A stretch of DNA of 64,000 nucleotides from an uncultured virus (IMG/VR IMGVR_UViG_3300026413_000011). Taxonomy: Duplodnaviria; Heunggongvirae; Uroviricota; Caudoviricetes. Made by a program: the position numbers and the translations under genes. A model generated the notes under the pieces. That model was not told where the DNA came from, made no database searches, and saw only the letters and a program-made list of their open reading frames with translations. The DNA lies in IMG/VR virus record IMGVR_UViG_3300026413_000011, positions 1-64,000 of that record. One strand, written 5' to 3'. Below are positions 20,221-31,454 of the stretch, one piece after another (position 1 is the stretch's first letter; each line of letters opens with the position of its first letter).

Positions 20221-20380
20221 TAGTATAGACGAGGCCCGCGCTTAAGCGCAGTCCATGAGGAGGTGATCCAGCCTAGTTGCACCCATGAGCGTGACCATTA
20301 TTGCTGAGAAGCAACGAATGCTCATACACGTACCTTGTCTATTAGAGCCTGACCTCTGGTGGTTACCTTCGGGTAACCAT
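20221..20380 (+). ncRNA. Candidate structured small RNA displaying a 16-nt complement of the 16S rRNA 3' end
   Basis: Closing stem 20225-20234/20333-20342; hairpins GCGC-TTAA-GCGC and ATGAGC..TTGCT-GAGA-AGCAA..GCTCAT; AGGAGGTGATCCAGCC at 20258-20273; own terminator. Confidence 0.6.
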
Positions 20381-20384
20381 TATG
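20360..20384 (+). terminator. Hairpin terminator
   Basis: TGGTTACC-TTCG-GGTAACCA then TTATG; no convincing + strand CDS upstream, implying a non-coding transcript. Confidence 0.75.
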
Positions 20385-20407
20385 TCGTTTCTAAGAAATC
20401 TCAAATC

Positions 20408-20422
20408 TATATTACGTTATTG
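20408..20422 (+). promoter_or_regulatory. phiKZ-type early promoter
   Basis: AAATCTCAAATC-TATATTAC-N5-TG. Confidence 0.8.
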
Positions 20423-20443
20423 CATTCCAACTGGAGTTTTTAA

Positions 20444-20938
20444 ATGTCTCAAGAGTTACAGCCTATTCCACGCATGTCGCTGAAAACAGCTGACGGCAAA
20501 AACATTCCCGTCATGGCACAAGTTGGTTGCGGTACAGTTGAGTTCAGCGTCGATGTTGACAACGATGCGCAATACCCAGCATTCCCTCGCCAGTTCTTCT
20601 CGATCCAGTCGATCACCACGCTGACGTATCTGGACGTGCACAAAGCTTTCACTGATGAAGACACGTTCCATGCACTGCAAGCATGTGAAGCGATCTTCGG
20701 TTCTGGTCAACGTCGATACGGTAATGTGGATGATCCGAATCCAGAAAGCGACAAAGTCTTCAAAGGTATCTCGATCTCGTTGGCTGGTATGATTCCAGCT
20801 GACCAGATGATGGCATTGTATATTTTCGCTCAAGATGCAGGCCACATGATGCTACCGAAAATGCAAGTCAGTAGCGAAGGCAACACCTACACCATCTTCA
20901 CGCTGATCCCTAACTACGAGGCACTGTGTGGAGCGTAA
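20444..20938 (+). CDS. Hypothetical early protein
   Basis: GGAG SD after an early promoter. Confidence 0.8.
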   Translation: MSQELQPIPRMSLKTADGKNIPVMAQVGCGTVEFSVDVDNDAQYPAFPRQFFSIQSITTLTYLDVHKAFTDEDTFHALQACEAIFGSGQRRYGNVDDPNPESDKVFKGISISLAGMIPADQMMALYIFAQDAGHMMLPKMQVSSEGNTYTIFTLIPNYEALCGA

Positions 20939-21359
20939 CCCTACCCTCAAGAAGATCCCACTAGAAACCCGTGTTGATCTCATTCGTGAAGCTGCTGCTT
21001 ATGCGAATAAAGAATACATGGATCGCTGCTGGATTGAGAAAGATGAGGATGGTTTCACGGGATGGCGTTGGGACAAGTATAAGTCCACCCGTGTGATCGT
21101 CTGTGCTGCTAATCGCTACGGCGATTTCATTGTCACCGGTAGTCGTCACTATTCTGTATCGATGACGATGACTATCAAACTCGTAGGCATGGACGCATTG
21201 CGTGCTTACGCTGGTAACGAATATGATCAAGGCTTCATCGATCAGTTCGGTACGTACTACACCCGTAAAGAAGCATGGGATCTGTGCGCTGCACAAGGGC
21301 GCAAACTATTACCTGATGGAGGTCCTGACGGAACTCTGTTCTCGGAGCATCTGTACTGA
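20928..21359 (+). CDS. Conserved phage hypothetical protein
   Basis: CAA..GxRH, QGFIDQFG.Y.TRKEA and LFSExLY motifs resembling a family seen in many phages. Confidence 0.75.
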   Translation: MERNPTLKKIPLETRVDLIREAAAYANKEYMDRCWIEKDEDGFTGWRWDKYKSTRVIVCAANRYGDFIVTGSRHYSVSMTMTIKLVGMDALRAYAGNEYDQGFIDQFGTYYTRKEAWDLCAAQGRKLLPDGGPDGTLFSEHLY

Positions 21360-21847
21360 TGGCAAAGAAGCAACCACCCGTTAAGCTAAAAGTGTTCTTC
21401 GTATTGGACACTGGCGAAACGATTCTGTGTGACAACGTGATCTACAAATCCATTCCTCTGCAACCAGGTAACAAGAAGTTTTGTCACCTAGAGCGCAAAG
21501 GCAACCAATGGATTCTGCTGCATACCGAAGGGACATTCTTCGATGGCGATATCCCGGATGAAACCGATATCCAGGTAATTCGCCATGAAGAAGGTAAGCG
21601 TTATTTCCCCCACTTTATCCTAGGTGATGGACGACCACTCATTGTAACGAGGTACACTGTACTGACGCCAATGAACATCGAGCCGTTTTATCACTTCGAT
21701 GAACTACCGGACAATACGTTCCGGTTGACCCACAGTACTAACTTCTTCAATCCGGATGTTCAAAATCGGATAATGATAGTTAGCTCTGAGAAAGCCCCGC
21801 TGCATCAAGATCTGAACCGCATCTTTGTGGCTAAGATCAAAAACTAG
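21359..21847 (+). CDS. Hypothetical protein
   Basis: TGATG coupling; hints of an internal two-fold repeat. Confidence 0.75.
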   Translation: MAKKQPPVKLKVFFVLDTGETILCDNVIYKSIPLQPGNKKFCHLERKGNQWILLHTEGTFFDGDIPDETDIQVIRHEEGKRYFPHFILGDGRPLIVTRYTVLTPMNIEPFYHFDELPDNTFRLTHSTNFFNPDVQNRIMIVSSEKAPLHQDLNRIFVAKIKN

Positions 21848-21949
21848 AGGGTTGTAAGCCTGCGTGCAAGCAGGAGCTGTAATAAAAATAGCAATACAAG
21901 CACTGGAGCGCTGGTATGAAACCGGCATTTTATTTACTACGGGGATGTT

Positions 21950-22690
21950 ATGATTTCCACAATGGATGGAATTGACCTTCAACTACACTCGGCAACTGTT
22001 ATCTACGATCGGGAGAAACGTAGCTTTCAGATTGACCGGGCGACTACAGGGGAGGCGGCACAGATCGCCAAGTGGTTTAATGAAGGAGTTGTAAGTTTCA
22101 AGGAAGGAAAAGGGTTTCTGATAAACAGTACCTATTACGTGAAGGCAACAAAGCAAGGTCGGTTCTACGTCACACATTTGTCGTGGACCGAACGCTTTTT
22201 GGAATACCCTTGGTTTACATGCCGTGATTTCGGCGTGGAAGGCTTTGGGTGGAACATCGTGGATCATAACCAAGAACTGAAGGTATTCAATATGTGCATG
22301 TTGGAAAAGAGTGTTGACCTCATCGAAGTTGCATCCACCAGTGCGGATGTGCACATCGAAGACACTCTTGCAGGTATTGAATTCTTCGGAAGCAATCCAG
22401 ATCTCGTCCAGTCGGTACCGGATGAGCTGGAAGTAGAAAAGGATGAACAACTGAAACACCTTGCTCGAGCGGGGTTGGATTGGTTGCCTACTCCTGAAGA
22501 AGTAGAAGCACAGCGTCCCGTTTGGTTGAATGCGGATGGTTCGTATAACGCAGAACTGCACAAAGCAGACTGCGATGAACTGGCCCGTATGTATCCAATC
22601 GTTGCAGTACCGCAGCAACTTAGCGAGGCTGCTCAAGCTAAATTGAGTGGCACCATCCGTGCTGTTGATAGCGCGTTGATGACCCGTTAA
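21950..22690 (+). CDS. Hypothetical protein
   Basis: GGGGA SD; 246 aa. Confidence 0.7.
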   Translation: MISTMDGIDLQLHSATVIYDREKRSFQIDRATTGEAAQIAKWFNEGVVSFKEGKGFLINSTYYVKATKQGRFYVTHLSWTERFLEYPWFTCRDFGVEGFGWNIVDHNQELKVFNMCMLEKSVDLIEVASTSADVHIEDTLAGIEFFGSNPDLVQSVPDELEVEKDEQLKHLARAGLDWLPTPEEVEAQRPVWLNADGSYNAELHKADCDELARMYPIVAVPQQLSEAAQAKLSGTIRAVDSALMTR

Positions 22691-22765
22691 GTCCGAAGTA
22701 AATACTATCGGAACAATAGTTTGTGGGGTACATCGTGCCCCACGAGCTATTTAAAGGGAGCAACC

Positions 22766-23284
22766 ATGTCAAGCATCATTCACTCGAATCGATACGAACG
22801 CCCAGGCAATTGCTTTGTTGGTCGTATCGGTCCAGGTATCATCCGATCTCCTGCTGAACGAGAAGCAGAAGAACAATTTATGAAAGCGATACGGGAATTA
22901 CCTCTAATCGAAGATCCTGTATTGAAAGCACTGCGTGAGAAACGCGAGGAAAGAGCAATGAGTGGAACTGAAATCCCATGTGCGCACGAGCCACATGGCG
23001 TAGGTAATCATGACCTACCTGATGTTGTAACCCCCGAAGTATTTATGGACCGCTTTACTCATCAAGCTGCTTTTGATGCTGTAATGAAGTTCGAAGCTGA
23101 ACTGATCAAAGCAAAACCTGTTGCTTCTGCACTGGGTAGTTTCTTGGAAGTAACCATCGCCGCGGTATTGAGTGGTCGTGTTACTGATATCGTCAAGCAG
23201 AAGTATCTGGACGCTGGTTGGAAAACCGTTACCTTTACTCAGGGTAGCCCTACCACTACTACGCTGAAGGTAATCTTCCCTTGA
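22766..23284 (+). CDS. Hypothetical protein
   Basis: GGGAG SD before ATG 22766; C-terminal YLDAGW domain. Confidence 0.7.
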   Translation: MSSIIHSNRYERPGNCFVGRIGPGIIRSPAEREAEEQFMKAIRELPLIEDPVLKALREKREERAMSGTEIPCAHEPHGVGNHDLPDVVTPEVFMDRFTHQAAFDAVMKFEAELIKAKPVASALGSFLEVTIAAVLSGRVTDIVKQKYLDAGWKTVTFTQGSPTTTTLKVIFP

Positions 23285-23634
23285 TTTCTTCCCTACACGA
23301 AGAACAGAACGTTCGATTAGCACGCGCTCGTGAAGTCTACACCTGTGATGAAGACTTTTGTGAATACATCAAACTAGCCCAAGTGATGGTTCCACGTTAT
23401 CTTGCAATGTTGCGTGTTGACCATGATCGTGATTGGAACGAAGATCGCTTCGGTCCAAAGACCTCTCTAGGACATCTGAAATGGATGCTTGAAGAAATCA
23501 AAACCAACTTCGAACAATCCATCACCAAGAAACATCGATGGATGGGTTTCATTCATGGGTTGCTCGTGGCCTATGGCTTCACTACCGTAGACCGTGAACG
23601 TGACATGACTCGAGGTATTCTCGATGGTTCCTGA
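23281..23634 (+). CDS. Conserved phage hypothetical protein
   Basis: HLKWML...KHRWMGFIHG...ERDMTR motif; start uncertain. Confidence 0.7.
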   Translation: MISSLHEEQNVRLARAREVYTCDEDFCEYIKLAQVMVPRYLAMLRVDHDRDWNEDRFGPKTSLGHLKWMLEEIKTNFEQSITKKHRWMGFIHGLLVAYGFTTVDRERDMTRGILDGS

Positions 23635-24022
23635 TTGGTTGAAGCGTTGGTGGAATCACAGTGAATATGGTACACCGGCTGCTGAAATTCTCGGTGAGCG
23701 CGTTACGCCAGTACTGAAATCAATTCCGGCACCGCACCAAGTTCGTCGAGCACTTGAGGCATATACAGACAACGTTGTCATCGTGCTTAACGTGATGACA
23801 GAGCTACTCAGTGAAGCTGAGCAAGTACGTGCATTCATGTTGAGCAGTGGTTGTATTCGTATACCCGCTTGCCGTTATCTGACTGACGAGGAAGTGGAAC
23901 AAACCAAGAAAGCTTTGTCGAAAGTTGGTTGGATCGTCAAGGAAGTTGTGTTTGAACCCGTAAATCGTCGCCATCTTTATTACCTTGAATTCCCTCTGTC
24001 ATCAGGTGGTTGTACTGATTAA
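23624..24022 (+). CDS. Hypothetical protein
   Basis: GAGG SD; overlaps its neighbours. Confidence 0.7.
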   Translation: MVPDWLKRWWNHSEYGTPAAEILGERVTPVLKSIPAPHQVRRALEAYTDNVVIVLNVMTELLSEAEQVRAFMLSSGCIRIPACRYLTDEEVEQTKKALSKVGWIVKEVVFEPVNRRHLYYLEFPLSSGGCTD

Positions 24023-24659
24023 AGGCTATATCGCGGGAGTCGGTTCACGTGAAGTTCCAGAGTGGGCATTAGAGCTCATGATCCGGTTGGGTCGAACCTA
24101 TACGGATCTAGGGTATCAAATGTCATCAGGGGACGCATGGGATTCAGACCGTGCGTTCCTTTATGGCGCTGCACAGTCGAAACGATACCAAGAGATTGGC
24201 GCGAGAGTCTTTCTACATAAAGACGGAACCAACGGTAGATGGGTTAAAGATAATCCATTTTACTACGATGCTTCATTGTTTGATGCAAACACGCAAACTA
24301 CCGCATTGAACCTGGCTACATTGGCTCGTGGTGGTTTATGGGGATTGAACCCTGGTGGTGTACAACTCCATACGCGGAACGTGTATCAAATCCATGGAGC
24401 TGATCTAGCTTCACTTGTATCGGCGATTTACTTTTATGCTGAACCTAATGGTAAATCGAAAGTACATGGTGGTACTAACACTGCCCTGCAATTAGCAAAG
24501 AAAGCAAACGTACCGATCATTAAGAATCTGTACGATGCCAAAGTCGTTGAGGAAGTCGAAGCATGGCTGGAGGAGCATGAACTCGATTACCCGTACATCG
24601 ATATTGATTGGCACCAAATTCATAAACCGACTGATCCCCGTTTAAAGGAATTCGAATGA
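24006..24659 (+). CDS. DprA/Smf-like (SLOG) Rossmann-fold protein
   Basis: AGVGSR, SSGDA..SD.AF, TRN, GGTNTA motifs; start uncertain. Confidence 0.7.
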   Translation: MVVLIKGYIAGVGSREVPEWALELMIRLGRTYTDLGYQMSSGDAWDSDRAFLYGAAQSKRYQEIGARVFLHKDGTNGRWVKDNPFYYDASLFDANTQTTALNLATLARGGLWGLNPGGVQLHTRNVYQIHGADLASLVSAIYFYAEPNGKSKVHGGTNTALQLAKKANVPIIKNLYDAKVVEEVEAWLEEHELDYPYIDIDWHQIHKPTDPRLKEFE

Positions 24660-25219
24660 CTCTGTGGCAACGCATCAAAAGCTGGTTCGGTTTCAAACCA
24701 AAACAAGTAACGCCTGCACGACCACCACGTACTGATATTGTTATCAGTCTGGGACGCTCTACTCCGGTTCGCTCTGCAGGGGAATCGGAAATCCGTGATC
24801 GCAATATTGCTGCATTCAGTACAGGTGTAGCCAGTGTCTCTCGGCAACCTGCTTACGTGGCACAGCAACAAGTACATCGTCCATCCCGTGCAGCTGTAAG
24901 TTCTCCAGTAGTTGATCGGAGCGATAGTCTACTGGATACGGTCACCACAGTACTGGCCGTCGATGCTGTCACCGACATCATTAGCGATCTGCTAAAGACT
25001 GATCCCCAACCAGAGCCTGCGCGTACGGTTGGTTGGGGCGATCATGAAGAACGCGTACGTTCTGAGAATGCTTACAACACTGCACGTGAACAAGCTTCTC
25101 AACCAGCTGAACCGGAGTCGTCTACTCGCTTCGACGATACTCGCTCCAGTTCGTTCGATGACTCCGGCTCTCGTTCGAGTTCCTGGGATGATTCTGGTAG
25201 CTCGAACTGGTCTGACTGA
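24656..25219 (+). CDS. Hypothetical protein with Ser/Asp-rich low-complexity tail
   Basis: AAGGA SD; SSSFDDSGS/SSSWDDSGS repeats. Confidence 0.75.
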   Translation: MTLWQRIKSWFGFKPKQVTPARPPRTDIVISLGRSTPVRSAGESEIRDRNIAAFSTGVASVSRQPAYVAQQQVHRPSRAAVSSPVVDRSDSLLDTVTTVLAVDAVTDIISDLLKTDPQPEPARTVGWGDHEERVRSENAYNTAREQASQPAEPESSTRFDDTRSSSFDDSGSRSSSWDDSGSSNWSD

Positions 25220-25227
25220 ATAAAGAC

Positions 25228-25250
25228 GGCTACCTTCGGGTAGCCATTTT
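25228..25250 (+). terminator. Hairpin terminator
   Basis: GGCTACC-TTCG-GGTAGCC then ATTTT. Confidence 0.75.
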
Positions 25251-25266
25251 GTCGTTAAGGATAGAA

Positions 25267-25536
25267 ATGAAAACTGGTCAATCTAAGTTGTTCCGTAAGC
25301 TGGCACTGAACCGTCGTTCGAATCGGATCAACTCTGCGGTATACGGGGGTGTCAATAGCAATGACATTGCACCTGTTCCGAACTTCTGGAAAGCGCAAAC
25401 CATCAGTGGTATACACAGCAAGATCGAAGAATGCGTGAAGATTGCAAATAGCACGGCTCAGACTGCAATCGGACCTATGTACGAAATCAGTCATCCAGAC
25501 TTCGATAAAGAACTAGACAAAATTCTACGCCGGTAG
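25267..25536 (+). CDS. Hypothetical protein
   Basis: AAGGA SD before ATG 25267. Confidence 0.7.
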   Translation: MKTGQSKLFRKLALNRRSNRINSAVYGGVNSNDIAPVPNFWKAQTISGIHSKIEECVKIANSTAQTAIGPMYEISHPDFDKELDKILRR

Positions 25537-25566
25537 TCAATGTAATGTCTACCCAGGAGTATTTCA

Positions 25567-26193
25567 ATGTCTGTTCTTTCTGACAAATCAATTCGCAGCC
25601 TCTGTCAAGATGCTGAAGTTCCAATGATCTCGCCTTTCTACGGTCGTTCCGTAAAAGAAGTGCGGGGTGAAAAAGTTGCAAGCTATGGTCTGTCCACTGC
25701 CGGATACGATATCCGAGCAGCCCAAGAGTTCATGATCTTTAAACCGATCAAGTACTCGTTGTGGGAACGCCTCAAACATCTGTTCACTGGCAAGCCGAAA
25801 CCGGTAAGTCCATTGAGCTATAAAGAAATCACCCCCGACATGTTTGACAAAGTCAACGGTCGTCAGGTTGTAGTACCACCGGGTGGTTTCTTGCTGGCAC
25901 GTAGTATGGAGTACGTCAATATGCCTCGCGATGTTGTCGCGATTTGTATTGGTAAGTCTACCATTGCCCGTGCAGGTTGGAACTGTTTGTGTACCCCGAT
26001 CGAACCAGGTTGGGATGGTTACATTACGTTGGAGTTCCAGAACACTACAGACCGACCGAATATCTTCTACGCTGAAGAAGGTTGTCTGCAGCTGGTATTC
26101 CACAAACTCGATCAAGACCCTGAGACGTCGTACTCTGACCGTAAAGGCAAGTACAACAACCAGGAAGCCAAGATCGTTCTGCCACGTGTATAA
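25567..26193 (+). CDS. dcd: dCTP deaminase
   Basis: LSDKSI, SYGLSTAGYDIR, GKSTIARAG, TPIEPGWDGYITLE, KGKY motifs. Confidence 0.95.
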   Translation: MSVLSDKSIRSLCQDAEVPMISPFYGRSVKEVRGEKVASYGLSTAGYDIRAAQEFMIFKPIKYSLWERLKHLFTGKPKPVSPLSYKEITPDMFDKVNGRQVVVPPGGFLLARSMEYVNMPRDVVAICIGKSTIARAGWNCLCTPIEPGWDGYITLEFQNTTDRPNIFYAEEGCLQLVFHKLDQDPETSYSDRKGKYNNQEAKIVLPRV

Positions 26194-26195
26194 TC

Positions 26196-26229
26196 AGTGA
26201 GCCTTCGGGCTCACTCTTTATTTTCTTTT
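26196..26229 (+). terminator. Hairpin terminator
   Basis: AGTGAGCC-TTCG-GGCTCACT plus T-tract. Confidence 0.85.
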
Positions 26230-26240
26230 TGGGAGTTTCT

Positions 26241-29180
<2,940 letters not shown>

Positions 29181-29185
29181 ACAAA

Positions 29186-29449
29186 ATGGAAATACCCCTT
29201 TTATCTGGTATCTGGAAACGATATCTAGTCCGTAAGAAAATTCGTCAGCTCCGTAATGAGCGTCTGCGCTTGATTAATAGATCTTGTGCCGATGGTATAG
29301 CTTACGATACATCAACCTCTCGGTTCCTGTGTCCTTGCTGCCTACAGCGAATCTGTGGACGTAAACACAATCGCTCAAAGATCCCTGCCGTTATTCGTGC
29401 CCAGGAACAACTGGACGCTATCAACGACCAGATAATGCAATTGTCGTAA
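29186..29449 (+). CDS. Small basic Cys-containing protein
   Basis: CPCC..C motif; terminator after the stop. Confidence 0.65.
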   Translation: MEIPLLSGIWKRYLVRKKIRQLRNERLRLINRSCADGIAYDTSTSRFLCPCCLQRICGRKHNRSKIPAVIRAQEQLDAINDQIMQLS

Positions 29450-29458
29450 CAGCATATA

Positions 29459-29492
29459 GCCTCCCTTCGGGGAGGCGTTATGTTTTTTTTTT
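29459..29492 (+). terminator. Hairpin terminator
   Basis: GCCTCCC-TTCG-GGGAGGC then GTTATG and T-run. Confidence 0.8.
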
Positions 29493-29513
29493 CATCACAA
29501 AAAGTTTGAGATC

Positions 29514-29528
29514 TATATTACTACTTTG
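29514..29528 (+). promoter_or_regulatory. phiKZ-type early promoter
   Basis: AAAGTTTGAGATC-TATATTAC-N5-TG. Confidence 0.8.
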
Positions 29529-29556
29529 GCTTAATTCACCAAAAGGAAAAATAAAG

Positions 29557-30525
29557 ATGGGTATCCGTAGACGCTTGCTAGAAAGCAAGGAGGCATGGCT
29601 TGCACGTGTAATGCACTTGCATGACGTGCACTTTGCAATTGCTACTGATGAGAATCAGAAGCGCTGGCTTGTCTTCGTCGAAGATGACTACGAAGGGAAA
29701 GTTGGGTTCCATCGTATCGGGGAAGGACCAGAACTTGGACGCATGCATCTGACCGGTAATGACGCCAGTCAGTATACGTTTGAGTTCTGTACGCGTAATG
29801 ACTCCACCCATGTAAAGCATCTGTCGCATCGCCCTGATGCCGATAGCGTTGTGAACTTCATGAATGACCGCATTGCTATTGTGCGTCAACTCGCAGCTCA
29901 TGAAGGAATACATGTCTACACCGATGCAAGAGGTATTAAGTGGTATGCAGCTTGTGATTCCAGCCGGGGTCCCAGGTTGAATCTGTATACCATGCCGGAT
30001 GCATTGTCGGTTCGTCGAACTGGTTGGTTCATGTTTTTTCTATTGGACCAATATGGTGGAACGTGGCATCTCGATAACCTCTCGTATAAAAATCGAGTAG
30101 TCATCGACAACAGCATGGCAGTTACAGATGTATCTAATCTGCCTATCCGCAAGACACTGCGTGAGCGTTACACCTTAACCGAGATGGACAAGGATGATTC
30201 GGTCATTGCATTGAAGGGTGCAGGCGAAGGTTTGTCCGATAAGCACTCTTATCGACTGGCTATCGATCTGTCGGGTATGGCTGGAGACAATCAAGTCTTG
30301 AACGTCTACTACCTGATCAACCACATTGTGGCAGCTGAGTTCCATGGACGAGCTGTATTGATCGATCTGGATCGCATTGACTTTATCATTGACGGTGTAC
30401 TCAGTCACGGTATGGTTATGCATTCGCTTTATGAAAACAAATACTTCTTCCATTTCCCTAATGGATCGAAGTCCGCTTCATTCCAAATCCGTAATGATGG
30501 ATTGTTCCCTCGTACTTTCGCATAA
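29557..30525 (+). CDS. Hypothetical early protein
   Basis: AAGGA SD; after an early promoter. Confidence 0.75.
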   Translation: MGIRRRLLESKEAWLARVMHLHDVHFAIATDENQKRWLVFVEDDYEGKVGFHRIGEGPELGRMHLTGNDASQYTFEFCTRNDSTHVKHLSHRPDADSVVNFMNDRIAIVRQLAAHEGIHVYTDARGIKWYAACDSSRGPRLNLYTMPDALSVRRTGWFMFFLLDQYGGTWHLDNLSYKNRVVIDNSMAVTDVSNLPIRKTLRERYTLTEMDKDDSVIALKGAGEGLSDKHSYRLAIDLSGMAGDNQVLNVYYLINHIVAAEFHGRAVLIDLDRIDFIIDGVLSHGMVMHSLYENKYFFHFPNGSKSASFQIRNDGLFPRTFA

Positions 30526-30534
30526 GGAAATAAG

Positions 30535-31446
30535 ATGTTCAGGTCGTATATCAACAAGAGTCGATTGGCCAGTCTGGTAGAAGACGAAAGCTTCAAAGAT
30601 TATGTTCCATTCTTCAGACATCCAGAGTATCGCGACATGTACCTGGTAATGAAGAACGGAGAACTCGTCTTCTTCCATAAGAACTCGTTGTATCCAGTTC
30701 CTGCATGTACTTTGGATATTCCAAAGAAGGACAGGTTCAACTGGATTCTTCGAGATCAGCGTACCCACTCGAGTTGGCACAATCATGCTGTAGCTCTTGT
30801 TAGCCATATGGAAATGCGCAATGTAAGTGATCATTGCGGTATTCACTTTATTACTTGGCCAAAGAATGATGTCAAGTATTACCTGAAGCGTGATAGCATC
30901 AAAGGTGATTGGATCGTGTTGTATACCCGAGGGGGGCAGGCAGTTAGCATCCCCTCGGTTATGCTTCGTGAATTCCAATATGGCTGGTTCAATGATGTCC
31001 ACCCATATACTGCCAAGATTGAAGATCTTTGCTGTGAAGGTGATTCCAGTTATCGTCCGATCATCGAGATCACCAATGAACGACTCGATCCGATTGGTGC
31101 ATACACGCGTTTAGTAGAAGTCCCCAATTGCCCAGGTGTTTATGATTATCTGTCCTATGACGTAATCATCAATATCAATACGTTAGATAACTCTGGCATT
31201 CCAGTAGTTGATCTGGCTCCGTTCATGACTGCAATTCACAACAATTACGACCACGATTGTAAAGAATGGTCTTTGAATATTGATGAGATCAAATTGCGTG
31301 TGGGTATGATGCCGGAACCCATCGCAATCGGTAAACTAGACGTAGATCTTCCTGGTCATCGGTTCTTCTTGAAAGAATCGAATAGTCCCGGTTTCGGAAC
31401 CGGTCTATACACCTATACTAACAAGCTGCCAACCAAATTCCCGTAA
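30535..31446 (+). CDS. Hypothetical protein
   Basis: AAGGA SD; 303 aa. Confidence 0.8.
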   Translation: MFRSYINKSRLASLVEDESFKDYVPFFRHPEYRDMYLVMKNGELVFFHKNSLYPVPACTLDIPKKDRFNWILRDQRTHSSWHNHAVALVSHMEMRNVSDHCGIHFITWPKNDVKYYLKRDSIKGDWIVLYTRGGQAVSIPSVMLREFQYGWFNDVHPYTAKIEDLCCEGDSSYRPIIEITNERLDPIGAYTRLVEVPNCPGVYDYLSYDVIININTLDNSGIPVVDLAPFMTAIHNNYDHDCKEWSLNIDEIKLRVGMMPEPIAIGKLDVDLPGHRFFLKESNSPGFGTGLYTYTNKLPTKFP

Positions 31447-31454
31447 GGATTCAT

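Noticed and set aside
20258..20273. rRNA gene fragment or primer contamination
   Set aside because: The match to the 16S tail stops at 16 nt (continues TAG, not GCAGG), and the flanks form a coherent structure within phage context; raw reads would settle it.
20285..20443. 52-codon ORF (MSVTIIAEKQ...) downstream of the anti-16S motif
   Set aside because: The ATG is about 21 nt from GGAGG and buried in a stem, and the frame runs through the terminator and the next promoter; unlikely to be a gene, though not excluded.
21848..21930. tRNA or preQ1 riboswitch
   Set aside because: No proper acceptor stem, TTCGA loop or CCA, and the preQ1 consensus is not met; kept only as an unspecified structured element.
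25120..25215. Short DNA repeats in the Ser/Asp-rich tail
   Set aside because: Explained by low-complexity protein coding (SSSFDDSGS/SSSWDDSGS).
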